64,000 nucleotides of DNA from an uncultured Actinomycetota bacterium (GCA_963801365.1 CAWDEZ010000007.1:276124-340123); one strand, 5' to 3'; positions 53,215 through 63,245 are shown, counted from the stretch's first letter. The notes: generated from the sequence alone by a model not told the origin. Translations and numbers: made by a program.

Positions 53215-53484
53215 CTCCTCGATTCCTTTCCGAAGCGGACCCTATTCGGTCCGCAGTCCGGAAGGTTGGAGGCACGCCACAATGGATCATTAACGGCTCG
53301 TGATGCGTTGACGTGGCGCTCTCCGCCCAATGAAAGGGCCAGGCGAGCTACTACGACCTGGTGACCAAGACGCGGGGTCGCGCCCAAAGCCGCGTGGAGC
53401 AACCTGAATCCAACCCCCGGCTTCGAGCCGATCGCTGGTGCGGTCGCGGTGATGGCGCGGCCATTGGCGTATTGTCCCCAAGCC

Positions 53485-54306
53485 ATGGCTGATGCGATCC
53501 ATTTCGTCGACGCGAACGGGCTGAAATTCGCCCATCTCGAGGAGGGTTCTGGGCCTCTCGTGCTCATGCTTCACGGGTTCCCGGACACGGCGCATACGTG
53601 GGACGATCTTCGTCCGCAAATCGCCGCCAAGGGATACCGCGCGGTCAGTCCGTTTATGCGCGGGTACCACCCCAGCGCGATCCCGGATCGCGACCCTGAT
53701 CAAGAGACCTTGGCGCGCGATCCGGTTGCGTTGATTGATGCACTCGGCGCTCGTGACGCCGTCGTCATCGGGCACGATTGGGGAGCCTCGGCCGCATACG
53801 GCGCGGCGGCGCTCGCCCCGGATCGAGTGAAAAAGCTGATTGCTATCGGCATTCCCCACCCAGCAGCGGTCAAACCGTCGCTGAAGAAGCTCTGGGGCGT
53901 CCGCCACTTCGCGGCATACAAGCTGCCTGGGGCGGCGGACCGCTTCGCGCGCAATGACTTCGCGGCGCTCCCCGCTATCTATCGGCGATGGTCCCCCGCA
54001 TGGAACCCCGATCCAAAGGAGTTCGACGCCGTCCGCGCGAGCTTCTCAAACCCGGCGAGCTTAAATGCGGCGTTCGGCTATTACCGAAAGCTTTCGCCTA
54101 TCCCGTCCGCGTCACTGAAGGCGCGGATCACGGTACCGGTGGTCGTCTTTGCGGGGCTCGATGATCCAATCGTCGAGCCCTCGGACGATCGGGGCGCGGC
54201 CCGGATGTTCGAAAGCGGATACATCGTCGAGGAGGTCCCTGGCGGACATCTCATGCATAGAGAGCATCCCGAGACGTTCGCCGAGCGACTCTTGGCTCAT
54301 CTGTGA
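53485..54306 (+). CDS. Alpha/beta hydrolase (epoxide hydrolase-like)
   Basis: HGFPD, GHDWGA, GGHLMH. Confidence 0.9.
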   Translation: MADAIHFVDANGLKFAHLEEGSGPLVLMLHGFPDTAHTWDDLRPQIAAKGYRAVSPFMRGYHPSAIPDRDPDQETLARDPVALIDALGARDAVVIGHDWGASAAYGAAALAPDRVKKLIAIGIPHPAAVKPSLKKLWGVRHFAAYKLPGAADRFARNDFAALPAIYRRWSPAWNPDPKEFDAVRASFSNPASLNAAFGYYRKLSPIPSASLKARITVPVVVFAGLDDPIVEPSDDRGAARMFESGYIVEEVPGGHLMHREHPETFAERLLAHL

Positions 54307-54538
54307 TTGGAGTTGTCCTTAGCGTATGCCCAGCTCGAATCGCACAACAAGTTAGCTGCCGAGTATGCGGCGTTTCTCGGCCTCGAACTCCTCCTCGGCG
54401 AGCGCAGCGCGGAGCCGCTCGCTTTCTTCCCGACTCAGATCTGCCACGGCCACTCCTCCTCCAACCGCTTTGACCGATAACCGATAACCCGGCGGTACGT
54501 CTCGGAATCGCCCTCGGTAGCGCCAGTCGAGATCGACA

Positions 54539-55248
54539 TCAAAACTCGTCGTCCTCGTCGATGAACTCCATGGGGTCGAAGGCGTCGTCGTCAGCGTCAT
54601 CGAAGGAGTCCGTGCCGACGTCAAGCGCCTCCGGATGCTGCTCCGCCTCATCCAGCTTCTCGATGATCGCCGCCCACATCGACTCCGGGACAACAGAACG
54701 CACCGCCTCACGGATTTGGCCTAACTGGACCTTCATCACCAACAAATCGTGGCCATAGTCCCTGGAGTCGATCAGCGACTGCAGCCGACCCGCCGCGACG
54801 ATGCCAGTGTTCACATCAACCTTGGTGTCCGAGTCGACAAGGGTCTCATAACTTTTCACCATGACGGTCTCGAAGAACGCAATGGGTGTGATCGCGGTGA
54901 CCACGCCCTCGACGAAGTCGACGCCATTCGCCTTTGCCCGGCGTTCGAGGATCTCCCTATAGGTTGCTTTGGCCACGTTCTGAACCGGAAAGTGCCGCGC
55001 GCAGTGGGTTCTGACCGAGTCGATCGTGACCCGATCACACTTGGCCAGTTCGGCATTGTCCGCCGCGAGTGCGCGCACGACCATGGCATAGCTGGCTCCG
55101 GCGGCCAGCATGTCGTTGACCTTCTTGCGCAACACATCGTTTCGGCACACCCGGCATCGCGGCTCCAGGTGAAACCCATTGCGTGTGACCAACTCCGTCG
55201 ACTCCATGATCTCGTCGACCGGAGTGGCGAGCGCCTGGGACAGCGTCA
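54539..55248 (-). CDS. Hypothetical protein with CxxC and HxxxH motifs and an acidic tail
   Basis: EPRCRVC...DSVRTHCARHF...FDPMEFIDEDDEF; ATG follows an AGGAG RBS. Confidence 0.75.
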
Positions 55249-55784
55249 TGATTCTTCTCCTCGATCCGACGAAGACGCACCGCGCTCTTCGCTTCAATCC
55301 CACTCTCCCAGGGCGACTCAACGAAGTCGACTATCAGGGCTACACGTACAGCCGACAACGCCCGACAAGGATCTCGGCGAGGCGTTCCGGCTCGCTGAAG
55401 CCACTTCCTCTGGACGATTGAACCTGCTTGTGAGTACGTTCGTGCGGCGGTGACAACACTCGTGGGCTGTCGAATTTGGCCTGGCGGCAAGCAAACGCAG
55501 GGGTGTGAAGATCGATCTTGGTCGAGGCATGGACGGTGCCGCGTGTGAGTGCGCTGACTGCCCCAGCAAGGTGGCTGCGCGGAGGCATGAGGCCTGGACT
55601 GATGCCGGAACGGTGCTGCTGGTCACCTTAGGCGGGCGTTGTTTCGCGATCTGACGGTTCGCGAAACTGTGAGTTCGCTTATGGCACTTAGCCAATAACG
55701 GCCAGTGCGGTACCACCGGGGAATTCGCTGTCGCCCGCCATGAAGTACTATTCAGCGTAGTAGGTAATGGCTAAAGTCTGAACC

Positions 55785-56415
55785 ATGACCTTCGCCAGAA
55801 GAGCACTCCAGGGTGCCGTGCTCGTGGCCATGATGAGCGCCATGGCCGTGTTGACCGCCGGGCCAGCCTGGGCACGTCAAAGTCACCGCAGATCACACGT
55901 GGCGCGGCGGAGTGGCCATCCTCACCTTTGAAGTGCCCAACGAGTCCGAGACGGGTTCACCCACAACACAGTTGAGCATCGCGCTGCCGAATGTCACCTC
56001 GGCGCACACCGAGGTGATGCCGGGCTGGACGAGTCGGCTTGACCACGAACTGACCGCAGGCATCTTCCATTCGGCCACATGGACCGCCACGCCACCCAAC
56101 CCAGGCATCCCTGCTGACCAGTTCGCGCTGTTCCGCATCGAGGTATCTCTGCCCAATAGTGATAGCGCCAGTTTCCCGGCCACGCAGACCTACGCGGACG
56201 GCACGGTAGTGAAATGGGATCAGCCGCCGCTACCCGGCGGGGCCGAACCTGACCATCCAGCGCCGATGCTGACTCTCACCAAGTTCACCGCAGAATCCGA
56301 TAACCGTAACGGGACACCAGAACCCGACCATCTCGCACGGTGGCTGGCTGCTGCCGCCTTGGCCGTTGGCGCGCTCGGCGTTGTCCTCGTATTGGTACTG
56401 CGGCGACGAACATGA
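55785..56415 (+). pseudogene. ycnI: YcnI/DUF1775 copper-binding membrane protein, frameshifted
   Basis: Signal peptide ...GPAWA, frameshift at about 55875, then VKVTAD...LTFEVPNES...FPATQTYADG...HPAP and a C-terminal TM helix. Confidence 0.8.
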
Positions 56416-56924
56416 GAATTGCGGTGCCCCCTCTAGTGGCCGCCTTTCTAGTGGCCATCGCCCTTGCTGCAGCGGCACCGGCAGCGGCGCACTCCGTTCG
56501 CATCGCCACCGACCCCGCCGTGGATGCGTCTCTGACGACCGGCCCCTCACACGTCAGCGCAACGTTCAACGAACATCTGCAGACAACATTCGCCGCCATG
56601 ACCGTGGTCGGCCCCGACGCCAACCTGTGGTCAACCGGTGAGCCGCGAGTGGACGGCGCGGTGATCAGCATCGACGTGATGCCGCTCGGCCCAGTCGGCA
56701 CCTACACCGTCAACTACCGGGTTACCTCCGCCGACGGTCACGTCGTGTCAGGCTCGTGGCCGTTCCACTTAACCAGAGCAGGCACCGGCCGACCAGGCCC
56801 ACCGGCCAAAGCGGCGTCCGGCAAACCTGACGGAATCCCACAGTGGCCCGTCGTGGCCGCTGCTGTGACGCTCGCAGTGGTCGGCGGCTGGTGGGCGTTG
56901 TACCGACGGTCGAGAAGGCGCTAA
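56412..56924 (+). CDS. copC: CopC copper-binding protein
   Basis: Signal peptide, mature N-terminal His (AAAHSV), YRVTSADGHVVSGS, C-terminal TM helix. Confidence 0.9.
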   Translation: MRIAVPPLVAAFLVAIALAAAAPAAAHSVRIATDPAVDASLTTGPSHVSATFNEHLQTTFAAMTVVGPDANLWSTGEPRVDGAVISIDVMPLGPVGTYTVNYRVTSADGHVVSGSWPFHLTRAGTGRPGPPAKAASGKPDGIPQWPVVAAAVTLAVVGGWWALYRRSRRR

Positions 56925-57507
56925 CCGAAAGGAATTTCACGCGGCTAGGTTGGCACCGGGCGCGCTCTCGCTGAAGGCAACATCAATTCACCAATGCCGG
57001 AGGCTATCCGCAGGGGCGGCACATTCGTCGGAGACGGCGCGCTGGGAACCAGGTGGTCAGGATTGGTAGTGCGGTGAACGTAGCATTCGCGCCTTTCGTC
57101 CAGCGCCGCCAGACTGAACACGGTTCGCGCACCGCCGAAGAAGGCTTCGGTCGGGACAGCGAGGATATGCCAGCGCGGCTTCCAAACCGCCATACCGCTG
57201 AACCGGTGCAGCGCATCGCGTAACAGCGCGGGGCGGTGATTCCACCGCACCAGAGACAGCTCATGAATGTGGGGTCATTGGCCAGCACAGAGCATTGGCG
57301 TCGGCCCGGACTGTGCCCGTCGTTAGGTTTAAGGACGGCAAAACGGTCGTGACGCATATCGCCGAGCTGCCCGCTGATGCTCCTGGTCGCCTGCATTAGC
57401 GTGCGGCCACTAATTGTGCCGATCCCGGTACGCTGAGCGGACCGAAGCCTTGCCCGCCAGCACGGCTCCGGTGACCATTGCGAGAAATTGTGTGCCAGAA
57501 GGAGGTT

Positions 57508-57759
57508 GCCATGGGTAGTCCAGGCGTCGGGCAATTCGTAACGGACTGCGGTGGTGGCGTATGGGTCAATAGCAATACGTCGTGCCCGTTCGCCCAGAAT
57601 GTCCACGAACAGTGGATGTCCCAGGCCGGAGGGTCTTCGGCGTTGATCGAGGCCTCCAGCCCCACAACGGGGCGGACCTACACGATGGCCTGTGTGAGGT
57701 CAGGCGATTCAGTCACTTGCCTTGGCGGAAACGAGGCGGCGGTTTGGTTCCAGGTTTGA
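57508..57759 (+). pseudogene. Isolated Cys-rich C-terminal domain of an actinobacterial exported protein
   Basis: TSCPFAQNV...SPTTGRTYTMAC...VTCLGGNEAAV; no signal peptide or linker. Confidence 0.5.
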
Positions 57760-58253
57760 GTAGGCCCTACGACGTCGGCAGTAATCCCCTTTAGGAATTG
57801 ACTAGGCACATCATCGCCCTCGATGTGCACCAGCCCGTCGTCATCTAGCGCCGCGATGACGGGGATGACCACCGACGGCTCCCGCATGGAGTGGTTGAAA
57901 TGGATCCAATGAATCAGATGGCCCGGCGCGTACGAGGCGCACTGCTTGTCTATGCCAGAAAGATCCCAGACAAACCCGGACATGGAGACTCCAGACTTTC
58001 GAGCCTCCGCATGGGAGGCGCTCCTGCCTGCACCGGTCGGTGCTGGCCGCTTCGTCATCCGAGCCACCCGCGAGCGTGGGGTTGGCGTGCCGCCCAGTCG
58101 GAGCTTGTCGACGGCATCTCATGAAGCGTCGTCAGTTTATGCGACACCACCGACGGCGGGTACAGCCCCCTGGCACAGCGGAGGGGAGAGCGTGCAACGC
58201 TGGTGACCATGCCGACGTTCGATGAGTTAGAGAGCGGTCTACCCTACTCTTTC

Positions 58254-60248
58254 GCCGGACTTCCGCAGATGATGGGCACACTAATCCTCTGATATGGGTG
58301 GTGACCTGCGGGAATGCGGAAATGCCGATTTCGGGTCGTGTTACTACACGACCCGGCCAGCTCGTTTAGCTGTTGGCGGTGGTGGTGAAGTCGAGGTACT
58401 TGGGTGGTTCGGGCACGTCGAGCGCGGACAGGATGGACCTCTGCCCGGTGGTGATCACGGAGCGTTGGGTGACCTGGCCGTCGGGTGTGGCGAGGGTGAC
58501 CAGGTGCATGCGGTCGAGTTCGTGGCGCAGGTTGCGCCAGGTGTCGCCGGTGGCGGTTTCGGCGACGCGGATCAGCAGCAGCGCGAGCCAGCACAGCTGC
58601 ACGTGGGCGCGGATACGATCTTCGCGGTAGTGGTGGACGGGGCGAAGACCTAAGGCGCTCTTGCAGTCTCGCCATCCGCGTTCGACGGCGATGAGCTGCT
58701 TGTAGGCGGCGGCCAGATCCTCGGGTGTCAGTGTCAGGTCGGAGGTGCGCAGCAGCCACTTGCCGTCCAGGTGGGTCTGGCGTGCGACGGTGCCGCGGTC
58801 GATGCGCAGCAGCCCGGCCTTGGTGCGGCGCAGATAGCGGCGCAGCCCTGGCTTGTCGCGCAGCGAGCCGACCAACTCGTCTCGGTTGCTCGCGGTCCCG
58901 GCGTCGGAGCCCTCGATCAAGCTCTGCAGGTGGGCGACGAGGCGCTCGCGCACCGCGGCGTCGCGGGCGGCGGCCTGGGGGTTGTGACAGATCACGAACC
59001 GTTCGGCGCGGGCCCCGTCGTCGGCGCCGCCGCCGGGTGAGACGAAGACTTCCTTGACCCGCAGGTTGCCCTCGACGTCGCGGAACCGGCCGGGGCGGGC
59101 CAGCGCCGCGGCGGCCTCGGTGTTGGTGTGGCGCAGCTTCTCGGCGTGGATGTAGTGCCCGCCGCCGCGTTGCAGCCAGGCGCGGTTGGCCGCGGAGGCG
59201 AAGCCGGCATCGACCGCCCACACCATCCGGCGCAGGTTCCACGCCCCGAGGTCGTCCTTGACCGTGCGGATGATCCGCTGGTCCTGTGTGTTGCCGGGAA
59301 AGGTCCAGCAGCGCACCGGGATTCCGTCGCGGGTGACCGCCATCGCGATCACCACCTGCGGCAGGTCGTCGCGGTGGTCCTTGGACTTGCCGAACCGTCG
59401 CGTCCCGGATTCGACCGGCGTGCTCACACCGTCCTCGCCGGGCGGGTCGTCGTCGAGGTCGGCGAGGTCGTCGGCGACCTCGACCTCCCAGTAGGTGGAG
59501 GTGGTGTCGACGAACACGATCTCCACGTCCAAGCTGAGCAGATGCGCGACCGAGGCGACGATCTCCGCGGCGATCTCGCCCAGCCCGGCGAGCAGGAAGC
59601 CCATCGCCTGATACGCCGCGTCGTCGCTGAATCCGGGGCAGTTCTCGATCGCGACCCGCTCGGCCACCCAGCGGGTGCCGGCCAGCTTGCTGTCGGGCTC
59701 CAGCGCCCGCTGCGCCACCAACGCGAAAATCACCCGCTCCGTGGCGGTTCCGTCGAGGCGTCTGCCCGCGGCGACGCGGCGCAATGCGGCATCGATGCCC
59801 AGGCGTTGCCACAGCTGGTCCAGCGCCCAGGCCCCGCCCAGATGCCGGGAGTCGAGCACCTCGACCTCGGCGCCCTCGGCCGCGATCAGCGCCTGCTCGG
59901 GCTCGATGAACCGCGAGATCGAGGCGACCAGCCGCGCCAGCGCGTCGCGGTCGACGCAGTCGGCGCGGCCGAAGTTGTGGATCACCTTCGCCGAGGGGAC
60001 CCCGGTGTCCGGATGCCGCTGGCTGTGCGCGAGCTGCAGATAGCTCACCGTCGACCCGTCCCAGTTGCGCCGCTTCGTCTCCCGCAGCTACACCCCTACA
60101 TCATTGCACTAGCATGCTGGCAACACGGCAGACACGCCCAAAGTCGTGTGCCTACACAATTTCACGGTTCCAGCATCCTGCAACACACCTACCAGCACAA
60201 ACACGCGCGCGCATACCCGAAAATGCCTACCAACTGCGGAAGTCCGGC
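58254..60248 (-). mobile_element. IS1634-family (IS1549-like) element
   Basis: Perfect 15-bp IR GCCGGACTTCCGCAG at 58254-58268 and 60234-60248; no direct repeat of the flanks. Confidence 0.88.
58366..60093 (-). pseudogene. IS1634 transposase with an amber stop at codon 2
   Basis: GTG TAG CTG CGG GAG ACG AAG CGG...; DDE motifs FVDTTS, AVDAGF, VERGWR; open frame from GTG 60048. Confidence 0.82.
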
Positions 60249-60279
60249 CCGAAGGAGCAGCCGCCCGATCAGCGGACAC
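60249..60279 (-). pseudogene. First codons (MSADRAAAPSG) of a third cyclase-ATPase gene
   Basis: CCCGAAGGAGCAGCCGCC is identical to 35407-35424, the AAAPSG start of the 32765-35429 gene; truncated by IS1634. Confidence 0.7.
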
Positions 60280-60403
60280 CCCCGCAGAATCTCACATAGA
60301 CACGCGACTACCTCGCACATCGGCGGATCCGGCCCGGTCACCGGATACACGTGGTTTTTGAGATGAACTTCCGCGAGCCGCAGATGTCGTCTGTTTTAAG
60401 ACC
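60267..60403 (+). repeat. About 137-bp repeat ending in 37-bp dyad repeat copy 5 (60367-60403)
   Basis: ACTTCCGCGAGCCGCAGATGTCGTCTGTTTTAAGACC; long match to 44589-44725. Confidence 0.85.
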
Positions 60404-60422
60404 TTGATTTCAAGGTCTTAAA
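60395..60422. repeat. Perfect 28-bp palindrome
   Basis: TTTAAGACCTTGA TT TCAAGGTCTTAAA; 13-bp arms; contains the stop codon of the OLD-like gene. Confidence 0.9.
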
Positions 60423-62313
60423 CGTTTCCGTGATTGCCGCCCTTGGCCCAAGCGATGACTTCATCGACTACCGCTCGGATTGATGGAAGCTGGACTCCAG
60501 CGAGGTCGAGTGCGTGAACGACGCTGCGTACGCCGTCTGAGGTGGTGAGGGGTAGCTGGTAGTGCTCCTCGACATATGCCTTCCAGTCGACTGAATCCGA
60601 TGGACCTTTACCCAACGCTTGGCGGCATTCCTCCCGCATCTCAACCCATCCCGGAAATGTGGATGCTGTACTCGAAAAGCATTGTCGTATGCCGTCCGCC
60701 GGTAGCTCGAACAGCAGGTCATCCTCGCCAACTCCGAACCAGTCCGGCGGCGGTAGATGCCTGTCTTCAAACATCCTTTTCAGCTTCAAGACCTTCTTCT
60801 CCTCGCTCGTTCGCTTCGTGTTGGAGCGGTCAGCGATGGTCGAGGTGACAGTGTTGTCGGTCAGAATCCCCATCGGAAGGCCGAGTCGAATTGTGAACTC
60901 GCTATCGATTAACCCTTCGAGATTCTTCGTGCCGTGGATGGGGATCATCATTACTCCGGCAGCCTCCAGCGCAGCCCCGCTGTACTCGTCGAGTACCGCC
61001 ACGTCGAGCGGTCCCTCGACAAACAGGATCGCTCGGTGAAGGGACAGCACCGTGGCCGGATGCATGCCGACTTCGGTTGCGAGCCACTGCAGCAACGGGG
61101 TTGCGGAGTTCAGCAAGGTGCGGGCGTGAGTCGTTAGGTTGTCACTATCGCGTGTGACCTCAACCAGGGTGACATCGTCGCCCGAAGCTCGCAAGAACGC
61201 CTCATGGTGCGACGCCACGACGATATTGAATCCGGACTCAACCATCCGTTGGCACCAGCGCAGGATGCTGGCCACCGCTGAGGGGTGAAGGTGCGCTTCA
61301 GGCTCATCGATAAAGAGAACATCCCCACTGAATGACCGCTTGTCAGGTCGTATTAGGTCCGATATGTCCGCAAGGGGATTTGCTATGGCATGCATGGCGA
61401 TTTGCGTGGACGCGGCGATCCAACGCGCTGCACCGCGACCGACATCATGGACGGAGCGTGCGTACTGCTCGGTGCCTCGCTCCTCATAGGCCACCTTCAC
61501 CGACGGTACCTCTCCCAACTTCGTCGGAACCTCCAATTGTGCCCGGATGGAGCCGTCAAGGAAATCGGGCAGAAGTAGGGTCGCCAACTCTTCGACCAGG
61601 TGGATCGTTGCGTGGACTATCGGTTTAACGCGCCACAAACTTCCGTCATCAGAGTCGACTTTTTCGAGCCAGCGGTTATCTACAGTCGATTCTCCGAACA
61701 GTTTGTTGATCCCGGCGGTGACCGTATCGCTGAGGTCGGCGAATTCCCAGTCCAGGAACAACGGACGTGGCCGGGGTCCGTCGAAACAGCATTGCTCGTT
61801 GAAATCGTCGCTCAGTTCAACATCGACTTTGACGTACTCGTATTTTAAGTTCTCGTTGATTGCCAGCTCGAAGTACGGTTGTGGGTCCGCAAAACACAAC
61901 CCCGATTTGACGGAATCGAACCCAAATGAAACTTGACCGAACGGCAGCACGTCGACTTGAATAGATTCTACCTCGCTATTCAACCTAATAAATTCACCCT
62001 CGATATTCAGATAAAAGTATTTCTCGCGGGTACGTGGTTCGAGTACGGCGTCATCGAAGAGAAGACCCGATTCCAAATCCGCGTAGATTGCTCCAACCGG
62101 AAGCGATGTGTCATCGCCTCGTACCGCGCGAGCGAGATCCTCCGCCCCAGGGTAGCCCCGCATAGTTTCGGGAGCGAGAATCCCGTAGATGGCTTCAAGC
62201 ACGTTGGTCTTGCCAACGTTGTTCTTCCCGAAAAGGACAGTAAGCGGCCCGATTTCGATTTCCAGGTAATTCACTGAGCGATACCGCATGATGAGCGCCT
62301 TGCGTAGTCGCAT
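60418..62313 (-). CDS. OLD-family ABC-ATPase - TOPRIM nuclease
   Basis: Walker A GKNNVGKT, Walker B FIDEPEAHLHP, H-loop VASHH, TOPRIM FVEGPLD and LTDN. Confidence 0.85.
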   Translation of the reverse strand: MRLRKALIMRYRSVNYLEIEIGPLTVLFGKNNVGKTNVLEAIYGILAPETMRGYPGAEDLARAVRGDDTSLPVGAIYADLESGLLFDDAVLEPRTREKYFYLNIEGEFIRLNSEVESIQVDVLPFGQVSFGFDSVKSGLCFADPQPYFELAINENLKYEYVKVDVELSDDFNEQCCFDGPRPRPLFLDWEFADLSDTVTAGINKLFGESTVDNRWLEKVDSDDGSLWRVKPIVHATIHLVEELATLLLPDFLDGSIRAQLEVPTKLGEVPSVKVAYEERGTEQYARSVHDVGRGAARWIAASTQIAMHAIANPLADISDLIRPDKRSFSGDVLFIDEPEAHLHPSAVASILRWCQRMVESGFNIVVASHHEAFLRASGDDVTLVEVTRDSDNLTTHARTLLNSATPLLQWLATEVGMHPATVLSLHRAILFVEGPLDVAVLDEYSGAALEAAGVMMIPIHGTKNLEGLIDSEFTIRLGLPMGILTDNTVTSTIADRSNTKRTSEEKKVLKLKRMFEDRHLPPPDWFGVGEDDLLFELPADGIRQCFSSTASTFPGWVEMREECRQALGKGPSDSVDWKAYVEEHYQLPLTTSDGVRSVVHALDLAGVQLPSIRAVVDEVIAWAKGGNHGNV

Positions 62314-62512
62314 GAGCCGTGACGTTACCTGCCCCCATCTCAGACCCTCACAGTCTCCGGGCGACCGGTGACCGCACGAAGTTCACTGTGGCATCGCCAC
62401 CGGCCTCGTTGACGCCGATGACCGGTTATGCGTACGGAGGCGGACCTCCAGACAAAGTCCGTGCGAGACGCTCTGGGGTACTAACGAGTCCGTCGCAGCC
62501 TCTTCGAGGATG

Positions 62513-62971
62513 TCACCGATAACCCTCGGCGTAAGGGTCCCAGATGACCTTGCCAAAGTACTTGGCTGGATGTAGCCCGACGACCGCCTTTTCGCGCAAG
62601 AGTCGGGGTGTCGCGTTGTTGCTCGTCGCGAGCCAGGTCCGAACAGCTTCTACCGCATCAGCGTCCGGTTCCACTGGCAGCGCCCTCCCCATCAGGTCGA
62701 CGTGCCGCCCCACGAAGTGCGGCCTCTTGTTGGGGTGGTAGCCGAACTCCGACTCGCCGAAGTCCGACACGCCGTGACGCCGGTAAGGCCACGGGATCCC
62801 GGGGTCATCGGCGTAGAAGCTGTAGACATCGAGGTCCTTCACGCCGTTCGTCTTCTCGGCGTCGTTCTTACAGTCCAGGTAGTGCAGCGCACCCCCTGGC
62901 ATAGGGCGACCAACAAGCGCCGACGACCGTAGACCGCGAGATGCGGGTTGCGCTGGAAGAACGACTTCAGG
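62513..62971 (-). pseudogene. Putative nucleotidyltransferase-fold protein, frameshifted and 5'-interrupted
   Basis: FFQRNPHL...LCQG, frameshift in the C5 run at 62892-62896, then ALHY...GVKDLDVYSF...RHVDLMGR. Confidence 0.5.
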
Positions 62972-63245
62972 TGTTCGGGGGCATTCAGGTTGAGCACCAC
63001 GGGGTGGCGATCCGGCGTTGACGATGGGCAGCTCGTCAGCTGGTCGTAGCTGGTTTGGTGCTTGCGGTGTCGGGGCGGCACGGTGATCACGTCGTTGTAG
63101 GCGACGGCCCCCCCGGTAGGTGTCTCTAGCAGGAGTCTTGCGGGAGGGCCGTCTGTTGCGCTTGGAGGCGCAGTGGTCACGGTAGAGGTGGATGTCGATC
63201 GAGTCGAGCGCAGGTTGGCGGCGGGTGAGCTGCGGTGCCCGGGAT
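62972..63245 (+). mobile_element. Left end and first ORF start (DUF6431-type) of an actinobacterial DDE element, interrupted by IS3
   Basis: TGTTCGGGGGCATTCAGG end; ORF from 63173 reads MVTVEVDVDRVERRLAAGELRCP. Confidence 0.6.

Larger units (their letters stand above)
51977..53279 (-). mobile_element. IS3-family element, copy 1
   Basis: TG...CA ends with imperfect IR (TTCCGGAC core); CAA duplicated at 51974-51976 and 53280-53282. Confidence 0.93.
51628..53303 (+). pseudogene. SpoIIAA-like (STAS/SEC14) protein, frameshifted and split by IS3
   Basis: MIEYDL...FPGW, frameshift, ...HHKRIKRIGVVTD...AARQ|WIINGS* resumes after the IS. Confidence 0.82.

Noticed and set aside
58244-60366. Long plus-strand ORFs (522 and 412 aa) and similar Arg/Pro-rich ORFs elsewhere (4077-4988, 8356-9339, 21183-22724, 32986-34404)
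   Set aside because: Shadow frames of real genes in high-GC DNA, with no recognisable motifs.
60395-60422. Chromosomal dif site
   Set aside because: The 11-6-11 geometry fits, but the arms are perfectly symmetric and lack the TTATGT-type XerD arm of dif sites.
60418-62313. Gabija system
   Set aside because: No UvrD-like GajB gene is adjacent.
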